A stretch of 64,000 nt of DNA from an uncultured Acidobacteriota bacterium. GTDB lineage: Bacteria; Acidobacteriota; Vicinamibacteria; Vicinamibacterales; Fen-181. Below the pieces are notes generated by a model. That model was not told the DNA's origin. It saw only the letters and a program-made list of their open reading frames with translations, and searched no databases. Position numbers and translations under genes: made by a program. The stretch lies in contig CAVQXT010000007.1 in the NCBI GenBank assembly GCA_963717945.1, positions 236,064-300,063 of the forward strand, given 5' to 3'. Position 1 is the first letter of the stretch; every line of letters begins with the position of its first letter. Shown in pieces: positions 8,173-17,724 of this stretch.

Positions 8173-10176
8173 ATGCTGGGACTCGAACTCTTTCTCCTCT
8201 TCACAGGGCTCTCCGCCTGGCGCGTCACGGCCGTACTGGCGTTGCGGCAGCCGGTACCCCTAACAGGCTGCGAACGCGCGAGCTGGCTGGGTGTAATCTG
8301 GCTCGCCCTCTGGGTCGCCCAGGGCTGGTTCCTCGCGGTGATCGGCTGGTTCAGGCCGGGCGCGCTCTTGTCAGCATCCGCCGTCCTGTGTGCGCTCGTG
8401 ATGGGGACAGCGTGGTCGGCGGTTCCGCGCCGATCGGCGCGATGGGATCTGGCGTCTCTCAAGTCTCCCGTCAGCCTGGCGGTCGTCTTCGCGCTGGGGC
8501 TCGTCGTCCTCTGGCTGGTCTATTCCAGCGCCGCGCTGGCGGTCATCCCGATATGCAACCACGACGCCCTCTCCTACCATTTCCCCAAGGCGGCGTGGCT
8601 CGCGACTACCGGGAAGTTCGGGTTGTACGCCTCGCAAGACCTGCGGGTGACGTACTTCCCCGGCAACTACGAGCTGCTGGCTGCGACGCTTCTAGCTTTC
8701 CTGCATTCTGATACCTCGACCGGCTGGATCACGTCGGCCACGCTGCTTCTCTACTTGTCGACCAGCTTCGTGCTCTTCAGAAGGACGTGGAAGGGCCCGG
8801 TGACGGCGGCGCTCGCTCTACCGATGCTGCTGGCGAGTCCAGTGCTGCTCCTTCACACGACCGCGCACAAGAACGACATCCTCATGAGTGTTCTGGCCCT
8901 CAACGCCCTCGTCTGGCTCGGCCGATGGGCCGTGCGCGGCGAGTCCGGGGCCGGGATCCTGGGGGTCGTTTCGGTGGCCCTCGGGCTGGGCACCAAGTTC
9001 CACGGTCTATTCCTCGTCCCCGTATCTGGCTTCCTTCTATGGCGGGCATGGCGCAGCGGCGTCTGGAGACCGCGGGCGCACGCGGTAGTGCTCCAGTGCG
9101 TGTTTGTGACCGTGGCGTTCGTGCTGCTCGGCGGCGTTCAATACATCGCGAACATCGTCAGTACCGGAAGAGTGATGGGCATCGAGCAGATCTCGACACC
9201 CAATGCCATGAACACCGTGGCTTACCCTGCGTATTGGCAGGTGCCGCGGTTCATCTGGATGTTTCTGGCGGCGCCGGTGTTGACCGCCGGCCAGTTCTTT
9301 CGGGTGCCCTGGAACGGGGAAACGTGGTTCTGGCCGGCCTACGAGTTGTATTTCTCGCACTACGGCCTCCACGTGTCTCTGCTGATTCTGCTCCTGCCGC
9401 TGGCTGTGCACTATGCGAGACGACGACTTGACCCGGCCGCCCGGGCCGAACTCACGATCGTGTCGATTGCGACTCTGATTCTGGTTACGCTGAACGTACT
9501 CATTGGACTCAGGCCTTACGGGAGCTTCGCGTTCATTCCTCGGTTTCTCCTTTTCGCACTGCCTGTGCTGCTGGCCTGGACGTGGTGCCCCTTGATCGAG
9601 CATTTCACCGCGGTTCGCCGGGCGGTGTGGGTACCTCTCGCGGCGTCCCTGGCGATACCCCTGGTCTACATGGGAATCACCGTTCAGAAGGACGGGTTCA
9701 CTCCGTACCGCTACGTCGAGCGGCTCTGGCTTCACCCGGAGCAGCGTCGTGTCATCTATCACACCAGCTGGCGCGCCGAGCAAGTGGTTGACCGCGTCGC
9801 GCAGCCGAATGCGACCGTCGCCACCGACAGCGGCTACGACGGGTGGACCTACCCTCTTTTCGGCGCGAGATTGTCCCGTCGTGTCGAGGTGATTCCCGAT
9901 GGCGACGGGCCTTACGTCCCGGGTCCCGAAGTCGAATGGGTCGCCATCGACCACGCATTCCCGATCATCTGGGGGAACGCAGATTTTCAGAGCATGTCGC
10001 AGGCTTCACGCTACCTCGACCGGGGGCAGCTGACCGCGAAGGACCTCAGGGTCTATCGAAGCCTGGTCGGCAACCGTGAATTCGAGCGGGTCTATTTCGT
10101 GCCCCAATTCTTCCAGGCGGTCTTTCATCGTATCAGGCCCCCGTCTGCGCTGGTCGCACCCGGGCCGAAGAGATGA
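8173..10176 (+). CDS. Polytopic membrane protein, probable GT-C fold (ArnT/PMT-like, GT39/GT83-type) glycosyltransferase
   Basis: About 12 predicted TM segments are followed by a soluble C-terminal domain of about 190 aa. The first loop carries an acidic/aromatic motif. The gene is convergent with a GT2 polyprenyl-phosphate sugar synthase. Confidence 0.45.
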   Translation: MLGLELFLLFTGLSAWRVTAVLALRQPVPLTGCERASWLGVIWLALWVAQGWFLAVIGWFRPGALLSASAVLCALVMGTAWSAVPRRSARWDLASLKSPVSLAVVFALGLVVLWLVYSSAALAVIPICNHDALSYHFPKAAWLATTGKFGLYASQDLRVTYFPGNYELLAATLLAFLHSDTSTGWITSATLLLYLSTSFVLFRRTWKGPVTAALALPMLLASPVLLLHTTAHKNDILMSVLALNALVWLGRWAVRGESGAGILGVVSVALGLGTKFHGLFLVPVSGFLLWRAWRSGVWRPRAHAVVLQCVFVTVAFVLLGGVQYIANIVSTGRVMGIEQISTPNAMNTVAYPAYWQVPRFIWMFLAAPVLTAGQFFRVPWNGETWFWPAYELYFSHYGLHVSLLILLLPLAVHYARRRLDPAARAELTIVSIATLILVTLNVLIGLRPYGSFAFIPRFLLFALPVLLAWTWCPLIEHFTAVRRAVWVPLAASLAIPLVYMGITVQKDGFTPYRYVERLWLHPEQRRVIYHTSWRAEQVVDRVAQPNATVATDSGYDGWTYPLFGARLSRRVEVIPDGDGPYVPGPEVEWVAIDHAFPIIWGNADFQSMSQASRYLDRGQLTAKDLRVYRSLVGNREFERVYFVPQFFQAVFHRIRPPSALVAPGPKR

Positions 10177-10343
10177 CCACCGACGCACCCGGCTCGTGGC
10201 CGGAAACGCTGTGGGGCTCTCGCTGGGCGGTGGTCGTCGCCAGGGCTGGGCGCTGTGGCCCGACGGGGGCCCTGGTGCCGCGATGAAAGCTCCGGCGCGA
10301 ACGCGCCGATCGAGCGGCGTCAGGCTCGAGGCGGAACGGCGAG

Positions 10344-10469
10344 TCAATCCGCCACGCCGTAACGGACGATGCACCACAGGGCCTTCAGGCCGTCGAGCCA
10401 CCCTATTTTCTTCCCTTCCGCGTACGTGCGGCCCGAGTAGCTGATGGACATCTCGTAGACGCGCCAATT
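10344..10469 (-). other. In-frame continuation of the GT2 gene beyond its TGA (41 codons encoding a conserved GT2 C-terminus)
   Basis: My translation is [41 protein letters not shown], then a stop. It is in the same frame as 10470..11198. Confidence 0.7.
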
Positions 10470-11198
10470 TCAGCGGGCGATCTTCACGGTAATCTCGGGC
10501 TCGAAGCCGAACCGATCCTGCTTCAAGGTCGGGAGGATCTCCGCCAGCAGTGTCCGGCGGAACATCTTGTAGCACGTCTCCATGTCGGTCAGGTTCAGGT
10601 TACTGAAGCAGTTCGAGAGTGTCGAGAGGCACTGGTTCCCGAGGTAATGCCAGTAGTACAGCACTCGATGGGCGTGGTCGCCGAGGAATCGGCTGCCAAA
10701 TACCGCATCGGCCTGGCCGCTGAGAATGGGCTGCAAGAGCCTGGGAAACTCAGCCGGGTCGTATTCGAGGTCCGCATCCTGCACCACCACGACGTCGCCA
10801 GTCGCTTTCGCAAAGCCGGTCCGCACGGCTGCTCCCTTCCCACGATTCTCGGAGTGGGTGACCAACTCGAACCGGTTGTGGTCATCTCCGAATTCGGCCG
10901 GCAGGCCCTGCATGATCTCTCGCGAGCGATCGCGGCTGCGGTCGTCGACCAAGATGATTTCCTTGTGGACAGGCACAGACGCGACCCGTCTCACGATTTC
11001 ACGCAGCGTCGCTTCCTCGTTGTACACGGGGATGACGACCGACAGGACGAAGTCGGATGGGATCTCGTAGAAGCCGAGCATCCGGCAGGCGTGCTCGCCA
11101 AGCAGGTGCTTGAGCGACGAATACCATTCGCGAGAATAGGGGTTGTTGTCGTCTGACGGCTGACCGTCTACTGCCGGGGTCATTGTGGCTCCTGCCAT
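10470..11198 (-). CDS. Family 2 glycosyltransferase (DPM1/ArnC-like polyprenyl-phosphate glycosyltransferase), apparently truncated by a premature TGA
   Basis: Motifs are [20 protein letters not shown] and [12 protein letters not shown] (the DxD motif). Confidence 0.85.
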   Translation of the reverse strand: MAGATMTPAVDGQPSDDNNPYSREWYSSLKHLLGEHACRMLGFYEIPSDFVLSVVIPVYNEEATLREIVRRVASVPVHKEIILVDDRSRDRSREIMQGLPAEFGDDHNRFELVTHSENRGKGAAVRTGFAKATGDVVVVQDADLEYDPAEFPRLLQPILSGQADAVFGSRFLGDHAHRVLYYWHYLGNQCLSTLSNCFSNLNLTDMETCYKMFRRTLLAEILPTLKQDRFGFEPEITVKIAR

Positions 11199-11356
11199 TG
11201 CGAAGTCAGATGCGTCCTGGCGGGTTCACGCCAGTCTGTATCATCGGCCGCGGTCGTCTCGGGCATCAGGACCGGCGCCAGAAATACCGGGGGGCTTCTC
11301 CTCGGGCCGGCAACGGGACGGCAGACCGGCGGCCGAAGGAGAAAGTGGGCTGAACC

Positions 11357-12046
11357 TCAACCGCAGGCGTCGCCTTCCCACGCCTCGCGGCCCTCTTTAA
11401 TCAGGAAGTAGACGATCGCGAGAGAGGCGACCGAGTCGATCCACCAGGCGCCGATGGCGAATTCGGCCGCCAGGCCGATCACCACGACGAGCGACAGCCA
11501 GCCGCAGGTGATGCTCTCGACGGCGTCGGCGCGCAGCGCCCGGCTGCCGAGTTGCCCGGCGACCCTGAGCTTGCGGCGCGCCAGGACATACATGATCGGA
11601 ATGGCCGCGACGGTGAGGGCCAGGCCCGCCAGGGAGAACTCGGCTCCCTGGCGCCGCCAGAGGCTGAAGGCAGCCCCGGCCACGACGTAGGCCGCCAGGG
11701 CGAACAGCAACGCCCCGCCAATCCGGCTCGCGGTGCGCTCCGCAGTCTCGGAGACGGCCCGGCCGTGACGCAGTTCGACGGACAATCTCCACAGGAGCAG
11801 GCCCGCCGACGCGAGTTCGATGACGCTGTCAATTCCGAAGGCCAAAAGCAGGAGGCTGCGAGCGGCAATGCCGGCGCCGATGGCCACAGCGGCCTCGATG
11901 ACCATCCAGGCGACGGTGAGCCACTCGAGTTCGAACGCGGTGCGGATAAGAGCACCGCGTTCGAACTCGAGGGCTTCCGGCTTCGGGCCCCCGGCTTCGG
12001 GCGGTGTCACGGCTGTCACGGTGAACTCCCGGCCATCTCCAAACAC
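11357..12046 (-). CDS. Cation-efflux (CDF-like) family membrane protein, TM domain only
   Basis: Five to six TM helices carry paired motifs resembling CDF metal sites (FGIDSVIELAS; ALRADAVESITC). Confidence 0.45.
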   Translation of the reverse strand: MFGDGREFTVTAVTPPEAGGPKPEALEFERGALIRTAFELEWLTVAWMVIEAAVAIGAGIAARSLLLLAFGIDSVIELASAGLLLWRLSVELRHGRAVSETAERTASRIGGALLFALAAYVVAGAAFSLWRRQGAEFSLAGLALTVAAIPIMYVLARRKLRVAGQLGSRALRADAVESITCGWLSLVVVIGLAAEFAIGAWWIDSVASLAIVYFLIKEGREAWEGDACG

Positions 12047-12091
12047 GAAGGGCGGGCTCGAAAGCCCGCCCCAGTGGTATCGTCGTGCGGC

Positions 12092-12148
12092 CCTGAGCCT
12101 TGAGCCCTGAGCCTCTTAGCCTGAGCCTTGAGCCCTTAGCCCTGAGCC

Positions 12149-12152
<4 letters not shown>
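12092..12152. repeat. Heptamer-type tandem array (about 8 units of CCTKAGC) overlapping the pnp stop codon
   Basis: The sequence reads CCTGAGC CTTGAGC CCTGAGC CTCTTAGC CTGAGC CTTGAGC CCTTAGC CCTGAGC. Confidence 0.85.
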
Positions 12153-14344
<2,192 letters not shown>

Positions 14345-14506
14345 AAGACTGGCCTCGATGGCGGGACGCCGGCGTCCCCCGGTGATGTGATGCGGAATGG
14401 ACCCCCGAGCAGACACCACGGAGGCAGCGGCGGGACGTCGCTGTTGCCGCGGGGGAGGGTCGAACGGTGACGAGCGGGCACGTGCCTGGACGCGCCGCGA
14501 CGGGCA

Positions 14507-14535
14507 GCCGCCCCCGGCCGGTGGCCCGGGGCGGC
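14507..14535 (-). terminator. GC-rich hairpin between rpsO and pnp (rpsO terminator or pnp leader processing hairpin)
   Basis: GCCGCCCCCGGCC pairs with GGCCCGGGGCGGC, with one bulge. The position matches the known rpsO-pnp intergenic hairpin arrangement. Confidence 0.4.
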
Positions 14536-14552
14536 CGCAGATCGGGTTCGGG

Positions 14553-14822
14553 CTACTTGCGGATCCCGAGCCGGCGGATCAGGTCCGCGTAACGCTCGGA
14601 GTCCTTGCGCTTGAGATAGTCCAGCAGCCGGCGCCGCTGGCCGACCAACTGCAGAAGGCCGCGCCGCGAATGGTGGTCCTTCGCGTGCACCTTGAAGTGT
14701 TCGGTCAGGTAGTTGATTCGCTCGCTGAGAATCGCCACCTGCACTTCCGGCGAACCGGTGTCCCCCTCGTGCGTCTTGTAGTTCCCGATCAGCTCCGCCT
14801 TGCGTTCCTTGTTCAATGCCAC
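14553..14822 (-). CDS. rpsO: 30S ribosomal protein S15
   Basis: 89 aa, [30 protein letters not shown]... GTG start with a GGAGGTGA RBS. Confidence 0.97.
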   Translation of the reverse strand: MALNKERKAELIGNYKTHEGDTGSPEVQVAILSERINYLTEHFKVHAKDHHSRRGLLQLVGQRRRLLDYLKRKDSERYADLIRRLGIRK

Positions 14823-14892
14823 GATGCGTCACCTCCACGCACGGCCCAGATCGGCAGAATTACCGGGACCGGACCGCCGTTCATCCCACACG

Positions 14893-14967
14893 GTAAACAG
14901 TAGACAGTGGACGACAGGCCTGAGCGGGACACCTGGTCACGCCTCCCGACCACTGCCTGCTGTTTAC
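14893..14967 (-). promoter_or_regulatory. Long imperfect hairpin in the truB-rpsO spacer (candidate rpsO leader or truB terminator)
   Basis: GTAAACAGTAGACAGTGG (14893-14910) pairs with CCACTGCCTGCTGTTTAC (14950-14967), 16 of 18 positions complementary. Confidence 0.3.
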
Positions 14968-15000
14968 GTGAATCCGCGTTACCCCAACAGATCCAGCATT

Positions 15001-15894
15001 TTACTTCAGGACAACGGCCGGATGCAAAACGCCGGGCCGCTCCCCGGGCCGGGCGATCGCCAGCAGTTTGCCGTCCGGGTCGAACAACCGGACGGCCGGC
15101 GCCGCGGCCAGCGCCGGGCCGTCCGCGCCGTCCGGCAGGGTCACCTCGTTGCCGTGCCCCGCCCGGCGGGCGGCGAGCTCGTCGAGTCGGACCGAGGGCA
15201 GGTCGGGCAGCAGCCGCTCGAGCGGGATCAGCCGGGTGGTCGCGGCGGCCGGATCCGCGTCCAGGAACGTCAGATCTGCCGCGTCCGCGAGCGTAAACGC
15301 CCCGCTGGCCGTGCGCCGCAGGCTCTCGAGGCAGGCGCCGCAGCCCAGGGCCTGGCCGAGCTCCTGTGCCAGCGAACGGACGTAGAAGCCCGCCGAGGAC
15401 CGCAATCGCACCCGGACCAGGGGCGGCTCGAACCCGACGACGTCGCAGGCGTGAAGCACGACCATCGCCGGCTCGATGCACACGGCCTCTCCCCGCCGCG
15501 CCAGACGGTGGGCCCGCTCGCCCTCGATCTTCTTGGCCGAGAAGGGCGGCGGCGCCTGGGCCCGTTCGCCGGTCAGCCCGGACAAGCCTGCCGCGACGGC
15601 GTCGGCGTCGGGCCAGGGGCCCTCGTGGACCGGCGACACCATCCTGCCGGTCCGGTCCCAGGTGTCGGTGCTGACGCCGAGCCGGATGGTGGCGTCGTAG
15701 GCCTTCGGCTGGCCCGACAGGAACTGCGCCAGCCGGGTGGCCCGACCGATGACCAGGACCAGGACGCCGGTGGCCATCGGGTCGAGCGTGCCGGCGTGTC
15801 CGACCGCGCGCGCGTCGAGCCGGCGCCGGCACCAGGTGACGATGTCGTGGGACGTGGGTCCCTCGGGCTTGTCGACGACGAGGACGCCGTCCAT
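15001..15894 (-). CDS. truB: tRNA pseudouridine(55) synthase TruB
   Basis: MDGVLVVDKPEGPTSHDIV...GHAGTLDPMATGVL, including the catalytic Asp motif. The start overlaps the upstream stop (TGATG). Confidence 0.93.
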   Translation of the reverse strand: MDGVLVVDKPEGPTSHDIVTWCRRRLDARAVGHAGTLDPMATGVLVLVIGRATRLAQFLSGQPKAYDATIRLGVSTDTWDRTGRMVSPVHEGPWPDADAVAAGLSGLTGERAQAPPPFSAKKIEGERAHRLARRGEAVCIEPAMVVLHACDVVGFEPPLVRVRLRSSAGFYVRSLAQELGQALGCGACLESLRRTASGAFTLADAADLTFLDADPAAATTRLIPLERLLPDLPSVRLDELAARRAGHGNEVTLPDGADGPALAAAPAVRLFDPDGKLLAIARPGERPGVLHPAVVLK

Positions 15895-16895
15895 CAGCCG
15901 GAAGCCTGCGTGGCGCGGTCGAGGGCTTCGAGCGCGCGCGGCACGACCCGCTCTCGGATCGCGGGGAGGTCGCCCGGCACCGTGCAGCCGGACGCGTTCT
16001 TGTGGCCGCCGCCGCCGAACTGCCTCGCCACCTCGCTCACGTCGACCGCTCCCTTCGAGCGGAAGCTCACGCGGTAGACGCCCGGCTCCGCCTCCTTGAA
16101 GAGGACGACGGCCTGGATCTCGCTGACGGTCAGCGGCACGTTGATGAGCCCCTCGGTGTCGTCGTACCGGCCGCCGGTCTGCCGCTCCATTTCGCGCGTC
16201 ATCAGCATCGTCGCCAGGCGGCCCGAGGCGTCGACCTCCATCGTCGAGAGGACGGCGCTCGACAGGCGAATCCGCCCGACGCTGTTGTCGTCGAACACCG
16301 TGCGCGCGATGGCGACCGGGTTGGCGCCCGCTTCGAGCAGTTGCCGGCAGACCTCGAAGGTCCGCGGCGAGATGCTGGAGTAGTGGAACGACCCGGTGTC
16401 GGTGAGGATCGCCACGTAGAGGCCGGTCGCCATCTCGGACGTCAGCGGCACGCCGAGGCTGCCGATGACGTCGAACACCATTTCGCCGCAGGCCGCCGCG
16501 CCCCCGTCGAACCAGTTCACGGCGCCGTAGAGCGTGTTGCCGGGGTGGTGGTCGATGTTGACGATGAAGTTGGGCTCGAGCCCCGAGACGCCCGTGCGCG
16601 AGAGGTCCGCGCACTCGATCACGACGACCGCGTCGTAGCGGCCCTCCGCGCGGCTCGCGACCTCGATGCCGGCGACGCCGGGGAACGGCCGCAGCGATGG
16701 CTGCGGCGGGTCGCAGTTGACGATCCGCACGGTCTTGCCGAGCGCGCGCAGCGCCGCGGCGAGCGCCACCTGCGACCCGATCGAGTCGCCGTCCGGCTTG
16801 GCGTGCGAGGTGACGAGGAACGTCTGGCGGCCCAGAATCGCCTCGCGGATGCGGCGGAGGATGTCGGCGTCAGTCGTCGTGGCGGTCGGGGTCAT
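15894..16895 (-). CDS. nrnA: DHH/DHHA1 family phosphoesterase (NrnA-like oligoribonuclease / pAp phosphatase)
   Basis: Motifs are SHAKPDGDSIGS, DHH (NIDHHPGN) and the C-terminal GGGHKNASG. Confidence 0.85.
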   Translation of the reverse strand: MTPTATTTDADILRRIREAILGRQTFLVTSHAKPDGDSIGSQVALAAALRALGKTVRIVNCDPPQPSLRPFPGVAGIEVASRAEGRYDAVVVIECADLSRTGVSGLEPNFIVNIDHHPGNTLYGAVNWFDGGAAACGEMVFDVIGSLGVPLTSEMATGLYVAILTDTGSFHYSSISPRTFEVCRQLLEAGANPVAIARTVFDDNSVGRIRLSSAVLSTMEVDASGRLATMLMTREMERQTGGRYDDTEGLINVPLTVSEIQAVVLFKEAEPGVYRVSFRSKGAVDVSEVARQFGGGGHKNASGCTVPGDLPAIRERVVPRALEALDRATQASG

Positions 16896-17265
16896 GGTTC
16901 TCGTCCGGGCGGGCGGCCTCGGCCTCGTGGATCTCCTGCAGCAGCCGCTCGACGCGGTCCTGCGTCTCGACCGACTTGTCGAACTTGAATTCGAGCGTCG
17001 GGACGCGCCGGAGACGCAGGCGCTGGCCGATCTGGTACCTGAGGAACGACGCCGCCCGGTGGAGCGCCTTCTCGGTGGCGCGGCGCTCGGGCTCGGTGCC
17101 GAGCGTCGTGTAGAAGACGCGCGCCACCTGGAGGTCCTGCGACACCGTGACGCGCGTGACCGTCAGGAAGCCGATGCCGGGGTCGTGGACCTCGCGCGCG
17201 AGCATCGTGGTGATCTCGGCGCGAATCTGGTCCGCGACACGATCGGGTCGATGGCCTTGGGGCAT
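16870..17265 (-). CDS. rbfA: Ribosome-binding factor A
   Basis: RVADQIRAEITTMLAREVHDPGIGFLTVTRVTVSQDLQVARVFY. The start at 17265 (MPQGH) is chosen within ORF 16870..17337. Confidence 0.9.
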   Translation of the reverse strand: MPQGHRPDRVADQIRAEITTMLAREVHDPGIGFLTVTRVTVSQDLQVARVFYTTLGTEPERRATEKALHRAASFLRYQIGQRLRLRRVPTLEFKFDKSVETQDRVERLLQEIHEAEAARPDENHDPDRHDD

Positions 17266-17269
17266 AAAC

Positions 17270-17335
17270 GGCTTTCGGCTCTCGGCTCTCGGCCTCGGGC
17301 CGGACGCTGCCACGAGCCCAGAGTCCAGAGCCCGC
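17270..17335. repeat. Inverted pair of heptamer arrays (GGCTCTC-type units facing CCAGAGC-type units)
   Basis: GGCTTTC GGCTCTC GGCTCTC GGCCTCG, then a spacer, then CACGAGC CCAGAGT CCAGAGC. It lies between the DUF503 gene and rbfA. Confidence 0.75.
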
Positions 17336-17354
17336 ATCCGACTGCCCAGCCTCG

Positions 17355-17636
17355 CTACGTCAGCATCTCGAGGCTGGACCTGGTGATGGCGCCCGGCTCG
17401 AGACGTTCGATCTCGTCGGCCGCCGCCGCGAGCTCCTGCTCGGCGTGAACCCCGGTCGTGCTGACCGTCACCAGGGCGAGGCCGGCCCGCTGCCAGAGCT
17501 CGTGATGTTCGACCTCGGCAACGGCCACGTTGAACTTAGCCAGCCGGTCCTTGAGCCGGCGCAGCACCATGCGCTTGTCCTTCAGCGATTGCGCGCCGGG
17601 CAGGAACAACTCGACCGACAGGAGTGCGACCACCAT
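17355..17636 (-). CDS. DUF503 (YlxP-like) protein
   Basis: 93 aa, LSVELFLPGAQSLKDKRMVLRRLKDRL. It occupies the conserved position between infB and rbfA. Confidence 0.85.
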   Translation of the reverse strand: MVVALLSVELFLPGAQSLKDKRMVLRRLKDRLAKFNVAVAEVEHHELWQRAGLALVTVSTTGVHAEQELAAAADEIERLEPGAITRSSLEMLT

Positions 17637-17649
17637 GAGAACAACTGGA

Positions 17650-17680
17650 CGCTCGCGGGCGTCAATGGCGCCCGCGAGCG
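17650..17680 (-). other. Perfect 12-bp GC hairpin between infB and the DUF503 gene
   Basis: CGCTCGCGGGCG pairs with CGCCCGCGAGCG around a 7-nt loop. Confidence 0.7.
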
Positions 17681-17700
17681 CGCAAGGCGTAGGGCGCGCG

Positions 17701-17724
17701 CCTTACGGCTTACGCCTTACGCTG
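17701..17724. repeat. Three tandem heptamers (minus strand TAAGGCG TAAGCCG TAAGG); the first TAA is the infB stop
   Basis: TTA on the plus strand at 17717, 17710 and 17703, exactly 7 nt apart. Confidence 0.9.

Noticed and set aside
10470-10472. The in-frame TGA in the GT2 gene as selenocysteine, or as evidence of a reassigned genetic code
   Set aside because: Many other genes in the window terminate normally at TGA (for example the GTGA and ATGA overlaps). I see no convincing SECIS-like hairpin directly downstream. The position is not a catalytic redox site, and no sel genes are present.
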